From the NCBI GenBank assembly GCA_052034975.1, contig JBPOIA010000010.1, forward strand, positions 12,957 to 76,956: DNA of 64,000 nt, written 5' to 3'. Made by a program: the position numbers and the translations under genes. The DNA is from Candidatus Moraniibacteriota bacterium. Lineage in GTDB: Bacteria; Patescibacteriota; Minisyncoccia; Moranbacterales; UBA1568. Below, one piece after another: positions 19,080 to 28,157 of the stretch. The stretch's first letter is position 1, and every line of letters starts with the position of its first letter. The notes beneath the pieces were generated by a model. That model did not search any database, had not been told where the DNA came from, and saw nothing but the letters and a program-made list of their open reading frames with translations.

Positions 19080-20132
19080 ATGAAGGATATCGCAATCCCG
19101 GAATTTTTGGGAGCGATCGGCGGCGAGCCGAGGATAGATTTTCATAAGAAAGTCGTGGCAGGCAAGTGCCGTCTGATCGGTAATCCAAACAAATCGATGC
19201 GCATCCTGCATAAGCAGTTCGAGTGGCACATCAAAAACGCCATACGAAGCATCGACCAAGATGCGAATTATGGCGTCCGGCGGCTGCCTTCGGCGACCGG
19301 ATGTACTCCCTTGTCCAATCCGATGAAGAATGCGCTCCGTCATATGAAGGGAAAATTCTTCTACGTGACGGATCTCAAAGACGCGTATCCGAGCGTCGAT
19401 CTCGAACGACTAGCGCTTCTCCTCACGTTTCTGTTCCATTACAAGGAGTATGCGATCGAAGGGGAGGTCTCGTTCAAGTTCTTCATATGCTCGGATGGGC
19501 ACGATCGGATCCGTCGGGATCCGCTGTACGGACAGTTGCTCACGCTGCTTCGGTGTCATTTTTCCGGACTGCACGGGAAGGGGCTTGCGATCGGCGGACC
19601 GCTTTCGCCGTATCTTATGAACCTCTACTGCGAGGTCTATCTCGATTCGCAACTCAGGATGTGGTGCTGGAAGCACGATATCACGTACACCCGTTATGTC
19701 GATGACCTCGTGTTTTCGTCGGAAAAGGTGTTCATCAATGAGGATTGGCGTAGGAAAATACGGGAGTTCATTGGCGCGGCCGGATTTCGTCCGAATCATC
19801 GCAAGTCGAAGGTACTCGTTCTTGAGCGCGGCGCGGTCTTCATCACCAAGGTGGGATTAGAGTTCCGTCCGGAGCGTGTGACAGCCAGGTTGGTATTCCC
19901 GCAGAGGAAGCGTCGCCGACTCCGCAATGCGATTATGGACTATCTGACGTGGCAGACCGATTGGCCGGAGAAGGTGAGTGGACTCGTGGCGGAGTTCCTC
20001 TACTATTACAAGGATGTCGGAGAACGGAAGACGGTTTCCGATAAAAAGACGTTCGCGCTCTGCGTCGATTTCGAGAAGGAATGGGCCAAGTATCGGCAGG
20101 GTCCCCGTCTAGGATCGAGGAAGAGTGGATGA
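19080..20132 (+). CDS. Stand-alone prokaryotic reverse transcriptase (retron/group-II-like RT family, YVDD active site)
   Basis: RT motifs: motif 1 KVVAGKCRLIGNPNKSMRILHKQFEWHI; motif 2 GKFFYVTDLKDAYPSVD; motif 4 GLAIGGPLSPYLMNLYCEVYLD; motif 5 YTRYVDDLVFSS; motif 6 FRPNHRKSKVL; motif 7 VFITKVGLEF; plus a ~80-aa C-terminal extension. No maturase/endonuclease domain. GGGAGAG SD sequence upstream of ATG 19080 (the ORF track starts at GTG 19074). Confidence 0.85.
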   Translation: MKDIAIPEFLGAIGGEPRIDFHKKVVAGKCRLIGNPNKSMRILHKQFEWHIKNAIRSIDQDANYGVRRLPSATGCTPLSNPMKNALRHMKGKFFYVTDLKDAYPSVDLERLALLLTFLFHYKEYAIEGEVSFKFFICSDGHDRIRRDPLYGQLLTLLRCHFSGLHGKGLAIGGPLSPYLMNLYCEVYLDSQLRMWCWKHDITYTRYVDDLVFSSEKVFINEDWRRKIREFIGAAGFRPNHRKSKVLVLERGAVFITKVGLEFRPERVTARLVFPQRKRRRLRNAIMDYLTWQTDWPEKVSGLVAEFLYYYKDVGERKTVSDKKTFALCVDFEKEWAKYRQGPRLGSRKSG

Positions 20133-20135
20133 CAA

Positions 20136-20208
20136 GGTGTCAGGCATAAACCATATGCTTGGCACCTTTTTTCTTTAAAGAAAAACACCCCGAGACGGGG
20201 TGTTTTGG
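20136..20208. terminator. Two tandem hairpin terminators between the RT gene (+) and rpmA (-); the second is bidirectional
   Basis: ggtgtcaggcat..atgcttggcacc followed by TTTTTTC; then aaaaacaccccgagacggggtgtttt flanked by A-runs and T-runs on both strands. Confidence 0.65.
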
Positions 20209-20224
20209 TGGAATCTTCGCAAAT

Positions 20225-20506
20225 TTATTCTTGCGGGATGACGTGGACGAACGTGCGGGTGACGAGCTTGCCGGTGAAGTCCTTGACTTTCTTGGTCTGG
20301 AATTCCACGGCACCCGATGCGAGCGCGAAGAGCGTATCGTCCGCACCGCTTCTCACGTTTTTTCCGGGATGGAATTTCGTTCCGCGCTGACGGATAACAA
20401 CATTTCCGATTTCTGCCTTTTGGCCGCCGAACACTTTGACTCCGAGACGTTTTGAGATGGAATCGCGGCCGAGCGAGGTTGACCCGCCTGCTTTTCTGGT
20501 TGCCAT
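20225..20506 (-). CDS. rpmA: 50S ribosomal protein L27
   Basis: [29 protein letters not shown]...[13 protein letters not shown] matches L27. Confidence 0.9.
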   Translation of the reverse strand: MATRKAGGSTSLGRDSISKRLGVKVFGGQKAEIGNVVIRQRGTKFHPGKNVRSGADDTLFALASGAVEFQTKKVKDFTGKLVTRTFVHVIPQE

Positions 20507-20581
20507 AACCGTGCAATACTTAGAGACTTACGTATGTTTTGCTATACTGGATGAGTATATCCGTTTCTTCTCGATTTGTCA

Positions 20582-20983
20582 ATGTTTTGGAAACTGCCGC
20601 CGTTTGACGGCTTGAAAAGATGGTATCAGCAAGAAAAAGGGCGTATAGGGCTTTTTTTCGGCATTTTTTTGGCTCTTTGCATAGCGTTTCAGGCGGGACG
20701 TTTACAGGGAGGAATCCCTCAATCGGAGCCGCTTATCATCGCATTGCCACCAGTACCGGAAACATCGGTTCAATCGGTCGCCGAAGTGAAGGGCGAACAG
20801 ATCGTTTTACGGAACCAAAATGTCACGCCGGAAAAATGTGCGTTTGTTGGAAGCAGAAACAGCGATAAGTATCATCTGCCGCATTGTGCTTCGGCCAAAC
20901 GTATCAAACCAGAAAATCTGGTATGTTTCGTTTCCAAAGAAGATGCGGAAAAACGCGGATATGTTGCCGGATGTTTGAAATGA
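20582..20983 (+). CDS. Hypothetical membrane-anchored protein with a C-terminal Cys-rich motif
   Basis: N-terminal TM helix. The C-terminal CAFVGSRNSDKYHLPHCASAKRI..NLVCFVSKEDAEKRGYVAGC resembles a small Cys/His metal-binding module. gcTATACTgg promoter at ~20538; first ATG at 20582. Confidence 0.45.
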   Translation: MFWKLPPFDGLKRWYQQEKGRIGLFFGIFLALCIAFQAGRLQGGIPQSEPLIIALPPVPETSVQSVAEVKGEQIVLRNQNVTPEKCAFVGSRNSDKYHLPHCASAKRIKPENLVCFVSKEDAEKRGYVAGCLK

Positions 20984-20989
20984 TATACA

Positions 20990-22183
20990 ATGAACAGTAT
21001 GAAACACAAAGATAACTTTGATTACAAGAAATCCCGTCTTATCAGCGGGATATCGTTCTTGCTTGGATTTTTTGGGGCGTTTCTTCTCTATATTCTTTCC
21101 GCCTACTTTTCGAAGGTATCCGGAAGCGACAACGTTGGCGTGTTCTATTTCGCGGCGTATGCTGGGACGCTGCTTTCGCTTTTTTTCATCCGGCCACTGA
21201 TTCAGTATGTCGGAAAAATGCGGTTTCTGTATCTTTCGCTCATACTGACTATCTTTTGTCTTACGCTTCTGACACATCTGTCGCCGTCGTGGCTGCCGGT
21301 GCTTCTTCTCCTCATAATGCTTACGTTCGACAGCGTGACGTGGGTAACGCTCGATATCATCCTTGAAGGATTCTCGTCCGACGGGATGTCTGGACGGATC
21401 CGCGGATTGCATCTGACGATTATGAACGCAGGACTTCTCCTTGCCCCGTATTTTTCGACGTGGACGCTCGATCGTTTCGGATATGAGGGCGTGTTTTTCG
21501 TTATGTTGGTCGGCTATATCCTCATTTTTCTTGTCGCGCTCATCTTCTTGCGTCACGATAATGGGGTATTCCAGGAATCGCTCGATCCGGAACGGGCGTT
21601 CCGAAAAATGCTTCGTGAGAAAAATCTGTTCCGAATCTATCTCGTTTCCTTTTCGCTGGAATTCTTCTTCGGCCTGATGACGGTGTACACATCGCTCCGG
21701 TTGCTCGAAATCGGGATGTCGTGGAATGAAATCGGTATTATCTTCACGGCGATGCTTGTGCCGTTCGTTCTTCTCCAATATCCGTTCGGCCGGATCGCCG
21801 ACAAGCGAATGGGGGAAAAAGAGCTTCTGATCGGAAGTCTCATCTTGATCGCCTTTTCGACCGCGGCCCTGTATTTCCTCGATACGAAGAGTGTGCTTTT
21901 GTGGGGATCGGTCCTTTTTTTGACTCGTATTGGTGCCGCCGGAATTGAAATTCTCCGTGACTCGTATTTCTACAAACAGGTGGACAGCGACGATATGGAT
22001 ATCATCGCGTTTTTTCGTACGGCGCGGCCGGTTGCGGGGATGCTTGGGGCCATTCTTTCGATCGGCATCCTTCTTTTGTTCCCGCTGAAGAGCATTTTTT
22101 TAGTGGTAGCGGTCGCTTTTGTACCGGTCATTTTGACGACGTTTTTCCTTGATGATACGCGGGCGGAACAGGAACGAGCGTGA
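20990..22183 (+). CDS. MFS transporter
   Basis: 12 predicted TM helices and an MFS-like loop motif (DRFGYEG...). Confidence 0.75.
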   Translation: MNSMKHKDNFDYKKSRLISGISFLLGFFGAFLLYILSAYFSKVSGSDNVGVFYFAAYAGTLLSLFFIRPLIQYVGKMRFLYLSLILTIFCLTLLTHLSPSWLPVLLLLIMLTFDSVTWVTLDIILEGFSSDGMSGRIRGLHLTIMNAGLLLAPYFSTWTLDRFGYEGVFFVMLVGYILIFLVALIFLRHDNGVFQESLDPERAFRKMLREKNLFRIYLVSFSLEFFFGLMTVYTSLRLLEIGMSWNEIGIIFTAMLVPFVLLQYPFGRIADKRMGEKELLIGSLILIAFSTAALYFLDTKSVLLWGSVLFLTRIGAAGIEILRDSYFYKQVDSDDMDIIAFFRTARPVAGMLGAILSIGILLLFPLKSIFLVVAVAFVPVILTTFFLDDTRAEQERA

Positions 22184-22237
22184 ATCCCGTTTCATTTGGA
22201 GAATGAGGCAAAAAATGGTATCCTGAGGGAGATGGGA

Positions 22238-22960
22238 ATGAACCATCTCTCTTTCGTTATGGCTTATCATATTCGGTTGGAACAATTCGAAGGTCCACTC
22301 GATCTTTTGTTGTCTCTGATCGAAAAAGAGAAGCTCGATATCACACAGGTCAGTCTTGCTAAGGTAGCTGATCAGTATCTCGAGCATATCAAAAACGAGA
22401 AGAATATCTCCCTCGAAAACCTCTCTTCATTCCTTGTCGTCGCGGCACGATTGATCCTCATCAAATCCCGGGCATTACTCCCGATTCTTGAGTGGAACGA
22501 CGACGAAGAAGAACAGATGGAGGATTTGGAAATGAAGCTTCGCTTCTACAAGCGTTTTCGCGAAGCAGCCGACCAGCTTGGAAAGCGATTCGCTACGGCA
22601 CGATCAGCCTTCGCGCGCGAAAGTTTTCTGGGAACGTCGGCGGTGTTTTATCCACCGAAGGATTTTTCTGCCGCCGATCTCCGTTCGCATTTTCTCGATG
22701 TGCTTGGAGAGATCCCTGTTTTCGAGGAATTGCCGGAGAAAGAGATGGAAGCCGTTGTGACGCTCGAAGAGAAGATCGCAACCTTGCAGAACGTCCTTGC
22801 GGTTCGGGCGGAATCATCGTTTCTTGAACTGGCCGGAAGTGCCAAGGATCGCGTGGAGGTCATCGTTTCGTTCCTTGCGGTTTTGGAACTGGTGAAACAA
22901 CGATTCATTTTCGTAGAGCAAGAACGATTTTTTAGTGATATACGTATCCGGCGGGTCTGA
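22238..22960 (+). CDS. scpA: Segregation and condensation protein A
   Basis: FEGPLDLLLSLIEKEKLDITQVSLAKVADQYL is the ScpA signature; GGGAGATGGGAATG start context. Confidence 0.85.
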   Translation: MNHLSFVMAYHIRLEQFEGPLDLLLSLIEKEKLDITQVSLAKVADQYLEHIKNEKNISLENLSSFLVVAARLILIKSRALLPILEWNDDEEEQMEDLEMKLRFYKRFREAADQLGKRFATARSAFARESFLGTSAVFYPPKDFSAADLRSHFLDVLGEIPVFEELPEKEMEAVVTLEEKIATLQNVLAVRAESSFLELAGSAKDRVEVIVSFLAVLELVKQRFIFVEQERFFSDIRIRRV

Positions 22961-22966
22961 ACGAGT

Positions 22967-23578
22967 ATGGCAAAGAACATCGAACAACTCCTTTCGGCGA
23001 TAGAGGCGCTGCTTTTCATAAGTGGGGAGCCGCTTTCGTTTTCTCGTCTGGCAAAAACACTCGAAATATCGGAAGGCGAGACATGGACGGCTGTCGAAGA
23101 ACTGGCGACACGCTATGCGGCGAATCCCGATCGGGGATTGGTCATTCTTCGAAACGGCGATGAGGCGCGGCTGGCGACGAAACCGCAAAATGCAGCATTC
23201 GTCGAGGCGCTAACGAAAAGCGCTCTCCAAGAACATCTGAGCAAGGCGGGGCTCGAAGTGCTCTCGATCGTTGCGTACCGCTCACCGGTGACACGAGCCG
23301 AAATCGATGCGATTCGCGGAGTGAATTGCAGCTTTACGCTTCGCAATTTGCTTCTGCGCGGTCTCATCGAGCGTAAAGGTAATCCCGGGGATGCGCGCGG
23401 ATACGTGTATCGGCCAGCCTTCCGTTTCCTAGAAACGCTCGGCCTGAGCGATGTGCGGGAACTGCCGGATTTCGAGATGCTTTCGCAGGACGAGCGCCTG
23501 ACGATGCTTCTCAATGAAGAGCCGGCGGATGAGGGATATTCGGAGAATAAAGCAGATACGACAAAAACGTATGCGTAA
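22967..23578 (+). CDS. scpB: Segregation and condensation protein B
   Basis: LLSAIEALLFISGEPLSFSRLAKTLEISEGE..LVILRNGDEARLATKP matches ScpB winged helix. Confidence 0.85.
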   Translation: MAKNIEQLLSAIEALLFISGEPLSFSRLAKTLEISEGETWTAVEELATRYAANPDRGLVILRNGDEARLATKPQNAAFVEALTKSALQEHLSKAGLEVLSIVAYRSPVTRAEIDAIRGVNCSFTLRNLLLRGLIERKGNPGDARGYVYRPAFRFLETLGLSDVRELPDFEMLSQDERLTMLLNEEPADEGYSENKADTTKTYA

Positions 23579-24599
23579 ACCGATAGTTTTTATCATCGCA
23601 GTCGGCATTGCGTGTTACGCCGTCATCGGCCAGGATACGCGCTTTGCGGCGCGCGGCGAAAATATCCTGCCATTTTTCGGTAGCGAAACGGATCGTTTTT
23701 CCAGTCAGGATACCAGTAGTGTCGATTCGAAGCCGCTTCCGCTCGTGACGGAAAGCCGTGGACTAGCGACCGGATTCCAGCCGGTTATTAAGCCGTATGC
23801 TCCCAGATTGGCCGTTCCGACCGCTCATGCATCTATCGTGATGGATGTCGATTCGGGTGAAATTCTTCATTCGGAAAACGCCGATGAACGACGGCAGATT
23901 GCGTCGCTCACGAAACTATTTACGGCGACGATCGTCGTGGAGCGTATCAGTGATTTGAATGAACCGGTGACGATCGATGAGGAAGCCGTGTACGCCGAAG
24001 GAACGCGTATCGGTTGTCCCCGATCGGGATTTTGCAACGGCGAGCGACTGAAGATCGGCGAACAGGTGCGGGTCAGTGATCTTTTGAAGGCGGCGCTGAT
24101 GAACAGTTCGAATGATGCGGCTATCGCGCTTGGCAAGCACATCGGCGGAACACAGGAGGGTTTCGCGCGGATAATGAATGCCCGAGCGGCGGAACTTTGG
24201 CTCGTCAACTCGCATTTTTGCACGCCGTCGGGACTCGAGCCGGACGGACGAGAAAGCGAGTGTTACTCATCGGCTTTTGATGTGGCCAAGATTACCGCGC
24301 ACGCGCTCAAGTACGATATTTTGTGGGATATGATGCGGTTCGACAAGACATTCATCACGTCGGTTGACGGGAAATACACACACGAGATTTTTAATACCGA
24401 CGAATTGCTCGGACAGCTGCCGAATTTGGTCGGTACGAAGACTGGATTCACGCCGCGGGCGGGATATTCGCTCCTTGCTGTCGCCGAGAACCAGAATCTC
24501 CGGAATCGGATCGTTGCCGTAGTGCTCGATGACCCGTATCGTTGGCAGAGCGTCCGATCGATGTTTGATTGGGGATTTGAGGCGTTTGATTGGCAATAA
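23571..24599 (+). CDS. D-alanyl-D-alanine carboxypeptidase (peptidase S11, PBP5-like)
   Basis: SxxK (ASLTKLFTA), SxN (SSN) and KTG (KTGFT) motifs. The start is uncertain (ORF opens at 23514, overlapping the scpB end); ATG 23571 chosen. Confidence 0.7.
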   Translation: MRKPIVFIIAVGIACYAVIGQDTRFAARGENILPFFGSETDRFSSQDTSSVDSKPLPLVTESRGLATGFQPVIKPYAPRLAVPTAHASIVMDVDSGEILHSENADERRQIASLTKLFTATIVVERISDLNEPVTIDEEAVYAEGTRIGCPRSGFCNGERLKIGEQVRVSDLLKAALMNSSNDAAIALGKHIGGTQEGFARIMNARAAELWLVNSHFCTPSGLEPDGRESECYSSAFDVAKITAHALKYDILWDMMRFDKTFITSVDGKYTHEIFNTDELLGQLPNLVGTKTGFTPRAGYSLLAVAENQNLRNRIVAVVLDDPYRWQSVRSMFDWGFEAFDWQ

Positions 24600-24655
24600 T
24601 TTTTTACGGCCGTTGTTGTATGGATATACAAGTTGCACAGATACAGAGCATCCCG

Positions 24656-25726
24656 ATGGTTATGAACGTGTTTAAGGTGTTGGCGACAGGACTCCTTGCG
24701 TTTCTCCTTGCGTTTCTCCTGACACCTCTTTGGACGCATTTGCTTTACAAATACAGATTCGGCATCAAGATCAAGAAAACCGACGTGAACGGAGAACAAC
24801 TTACGTTCGTGAGCCGTCTACACGCCGGAAAATCCGGAACGCCGACGATGGGAGGCGTAATCGTGTGGGTCTCGGTATTGCTTTTGGTGCTCCTTTCGCA
24901 TTTCGTGTTTCCGTTCGTTGCCGAATGGACGAACACGAATTTCGTCGCACGCCTGGATTTCTTCAAGCGTTCGCAGGTATGGCTGCCGCTTTTCGTTCTG
25001 GTGACCGCCGGTGTGCTCGGACTGTTCGACGATTATATGAGCGTGCGCGGCTGCGGAACGAACAAAGGCGGCGGGATGCGGTTCGCATTTCGTTTCTGGT
25101 GGCTCTTCCTGATTGCCGGTGTCGGCGCATGGTGGTTCTATCAGAAATTGGGCTGGGATCAGATCCATATCCCAGCGGTCGGTGATTTCTCGATCGGGTG
25201 GTGGTACATCCCGCTTTTCATCTTCGTTATTTTGTTTGCAGCGATCTCTTCAAACGAAACCGACGGTCTTGATGGTTTAAACGGCGGCGTACTTTTGGTT
25301 GCGTTTTGTTCATTCGCACTCATCGCGTTTATGCAGAACAAGATGGATCTCGCGGCGTTCTGTGCGGCAATTTCCGGTGCGCTTCTTGCGTTTTTGTGGT
25401 TCAATATCTATCCAGCACGTTTCTTTATGGGCGATACGGGAGCGATTTCGCTCGGCACGACGCTTGGCGTGGTGGCGATGCTTACGAATTCGGTGCTGGC
25501 ACTTTTCGTCATCGTGTTTATCTATGCGCTCGAATCAGGAAGTGCGGCGATACAGCTTCTTTCTAAGCGATTTTTTGGACGGAAAGTGCTTTTGGCAGCG
25601 CCACTCCATCATCACTTCGAGGCCAAAGGCTGGCCGGAACCGAAAATCGTGATGCGCGCCTGGATCTTTACGGGAATCACGGCGCTTATCGGTGTGATGA
25701 TCGGTATTCTCGGGATGGGAAAATAA
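24656..25726 (+). CDS. mraY: Phospho-N-acetylmuramoyl-pentapeptide transferase
   Basis: GKSGTPTMGG, DDYMSV and GDTGAISLG motifs; 10 TM helices. Alternative starts at 24590/24620. Confidence 0.9.
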   Translation: MVMNVFKVLATGLLAFLLAFLLTPLWTHLLYKYRFGIKIKKTDVNGEQLTFVSRLHAGKSGTPTMGGVIVWVSVLLLVLLSHFVFPFVAEWTNTNFVARLDFFKRSQVWLPLFVLVTAGVLGLFDDYMSVRGCGTNKGGGMRFAFRFWWLFLIAGVGAWWFYQKLGWDQIHIPAVGDFSIGWWYIPLFIFVILFAAISSNETDGLDGLNGGVLLVAFCSFALIAFMQNKMDLAAFCAAISGALLAFLWFNIYPARFFMGDTGAISLGTTLGVVAMLTNSVLALFVIVFIYALESGSAAIQLLSKRFFGRKVLLAAPLHHHFEAKGWPEPKIVMRAWIFTGITALIGVMIGILGMGK

Positions 25727-25749
25727 AAAAATTAACGCATCGAACAGAT

Positions 25750-26799
25750 ATGGCATTCAGAACGATCGAAAACGTGGATTTTTCAGGGAAAAAAGTGCTG
25801 GTCCGGATGGATTTCAACGTCGAATTGAACGACATCAACGAAATTCAAGAGCATTTTAAATTGGAAGTCGGCAGAAAGACTATCGATCGCATTTTCGGAT
25901 TTTCCGAAGTGAAGGTGGCGATCCTGTCTCATTTTGGTCGTCCAAATGGAAAGCCCGATCCGAAGCACTCGATCGGACAAATCGTCCGATTCGTGGAAGC
26001 GGCGCTCGGCCGCAAGGTCGTCTTCGTGCCGGATTGTATCGGTGAGACAGTGAAAGCCGCGCTCGCAGGAATAAAGGACGGAGAGGTGCTCCTGCTGGAA
26101 AACGTCCGTTTTTATCCCGGCGAAGAGACGAATGACGAAGCGTTCGCCCAAAAGCTTGCCGAACCGTTCGATATCTACGTGAACGAAGCTTTCAGTGTTT
26201 CCCATCGGGCGCATGCATCCATCGTCGGTGTTCCGAAATTTTTGCCAGCGTACGCCGGGCTGCGATTGGAACGAGAGAAGGAAGAGCTCGATGACGCGAG
26301 GCTTTCTCCGGCCCGACCGGCCATCGCGGTGATTGGTGGCGCGAAGATCGAAACGAAACTTCCACTCATTCGGGCATTTGAGGAGAATTATGACTGTATC
26401 TTAGTCGGTGGGAAGATCGCCAATGAAGCGATCGATCAGAAGACAGAGTTCTCTTCGAAGGTGCTTCTGCCACAAGATTTCGATTCTTCATCTCGGCTCG
26501 ATATCGGACCGAATACCATCGCGTATTTCACCCAAATCATCAAGACCGGCAAGACGATCGTTTGGAATGGTCCGATGGGAAAATTCGAGGAAAAACCGTA
26601 TGATATCGGTACGAACGCTATTCTTCACGCCCTTTTGGAGAGTCAGGCATTTGTCGTAATCGGCGGAGGGGAATCGTTGGCTATTCTTGAAAAAGCGGAT
26701 GTGATGAGCAGGATCGGTTTCGTGTCATCGGGCGGCGGCGCGATGCTCGAATATATGAGCGGCAAGGAGCTTCCGGGATTGAAAGCTCTAGAAATATGA
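25750..26799 (+). CDS. pgk: Phosphoglycerate kinase (short form)
   Basis: KKVLVRMDFNV, SHFGRP, LLENVRFYPGEE, NEAFSVSHRAHAS and GGGESL motifs. Confidence 0.9.
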   Translation: MAFRTIENVDFSGKKVLVRMDFNVELNDINEIQEHFKLEVGRKTIDRIFGFSEVKVAILSHFGRPNGKPDPKHSIGQIVRFVEAALGRKVVFVPDCIGETVKAALAGIKDGEVLLLENVRFYPGEETNDEAFAQKLAEPFDIYVNEAFSVSHRAHASIVGVPKFLPAYAGLRLEREKEELDDARLSPARPAIAVIGGAKIETKLPLIRAFEENYDCILVGGKIANEAIDQKTEFSSKVLLPQDFDSSSRLDIGPNTIAYFTQIIKTGKTIVWNGPMGKFEEKPYDIGTNAILHALLESQAFVVIGGGESLAILEKADVMSRIGFVSSGGGAMLEYMSGKELPGLKALEI

Positions 26800-26835
26800 G
26801 GAAATTTTTTTGGTAATCCAGTAATTTTTTCAGTT

Positions 26836-28107
26836 ATGGCAAATATCGTCTCCGTTTTCGGCAGAGAAATCCTTGATTCCCGCGGGAATCCGACCGTGGA
26901 AGTGCACGTGAAGCTTGACGATGGAACCGAAGCACTCTCCGGCGTGCCATCCGGCGCGTCGACCGGCGCGTTCGAAGCGGTAGAACTCCGCGACAATGAT
27001 CCCAACCGATACGGAGGACTGGGCGTCACGAACGCTGTCGGAAATATCAATGGTGAACTGGCAGCCGCCGTCATCGGTATGGACGCCGCCGATCAGGAAG
27101 CGCTCGACAAAAAAATGATCGCGCTCGACGGAACGGAAAACAAGGGCCGTCTCGGTGCGAACGCCATTTTGGGCATCTCGTTGGCCGCTTGCCGAGCGGC
27201 GGCAAAATCCGCCGGCAAACCGCTTTTCGAACACATCGCTTCGCTTTACGGGAAGAAAAGAAAATCTTCCGGATTTCCGGTACCAATGTTCAATATCGTA
27301 AACGGCGGTAAGCACAGCGATTCCGGATTATCTGTGCAGGAATTCAAAATCATTCCCTTCGGTATCGAGACATATTCGGAACAGTTGCGTGCCGGAAGCG
27401 AGATATTCCATTCGTTGAAGAAAATCCTTGAAAAGGAAGGATTCTCTGTTGGTGTGGGTGATGAGGGAGGATTCGCGCCGCGGCTTGAGAGTCATACACA
27501 GGCGCTTTTGCTCATCGGTCAGGCCATCACGGAAGCGGGATACCGTTTGGGTGAACAGATCTTCATCGGTCTCGATGTCGCGGCCAATTCTTTTTATGAA
27601 GCAGCTGAAGATCAGTATGCGCTCAAACCCGAGGGTGTGTCGCTTTCTCGCGAAAGTCTGGTGAATGTGTACCGTGAGTGGATTCAAAAGTATTCCGTCG
27701 TGTCCATCGAAGACGGTTTGCACGAGGAGGATTGGCAGGGATGGGCGCAAATGAAGGAAAAGCTGGAAAAAGAAACGGCCGTATGGAAAGAGCGATTGAT
27801 GCTCATCGGCGATGACTTATTGGTAACCAACGTGAAGCGTCTCAAACAGGCGATTGATACGGATTCCTGTAATGCTGTTCTCATAAAGCTCAACCAGATC
27901 GGTACCGTGACCGAGACGATCGACTGTATGAAACTCGCTGAAAAACACGATATGAATCGCATCATCTCACATCGTTCCGGTGAGACGGTCGACGATTTTA
28001 TCGCCGATTTTGCCGTTGGAACCGGCGCGGAATTCATCAAGACCGGTTCACTCTCGCGCGGTGAGCGCATCGCCAAATACAATCGTCTCCAAGAGATCTT
28101 CGAGTAA
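26836..28107 (+). CDS. eno: Enolase
   Basis: MANIVSVFGREILDSRGNPTVEVHV...SHRSGETEDD... canonical enolase. Confidence 0.95.
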   Translation: MANIVSVFGREILDSRGNPTVEVHVKLDDGTEALSGVPSGASTGAFEAVELRDNDPNRYGGLGVTNAVGNINGELAAAVIGMDAADQEALDKKMIALDGTENKGRLGANAILGISLAACRAAAKSAGKPLFEHIASLYGKKRKSSGFPVPMFNIVNGGKHSDSGLSVQEFKIIPFGIETYSEQLRAGSEIFHSLKKILEKEGFSVGVGDEGGFAPRLESHTQALLLIGQAITEAGYRLGEQIFIGLDVAANSFYEAAEDQYALKPEGVSLSRESLVNVYREWIQKYSVVSIEDGLHEEDWQGWAQMKEKLEKETAVWKERLMLIGDDLLVTNVKRLKQAIDTDSCNAVLIKLNQIGTVTETIDCMKLAEKHDMNRIISHRSGETVDDFIADFAVGTGAEFIKTGSLSRGERIAKYNRLQEIFE

Positions 28108-28157
28108 AAAAAGGCCGCTTAGTCGTCGACGCGTCTTTGGGAAAACAAAAAACAACT

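Noticed and set aside
19074-20132. RT as part of a group II intron
   Set aside because: No maturase (X) or En domain, no domain V-like GAAA-capped 34-nt hairpin downstream (only terminators), and only 92 nt to the next gene.
19074-20132. RT as a diversity-generating retroelement (DGR)
   Set aside because: Motif 4 is GG-PLSP rather than the DGR-typical SQ variant. No avd-like gene, and no obvious TR/VR near-repeat with A-specific mismatches was noticed nearby; an undetected TR/VR cannot be excluded without computation.
20807-21778. 323-aa minus-strand ORF
   Set aside because: Antisense to the MFS transporter; Arg/Lys-rich shadow frame.
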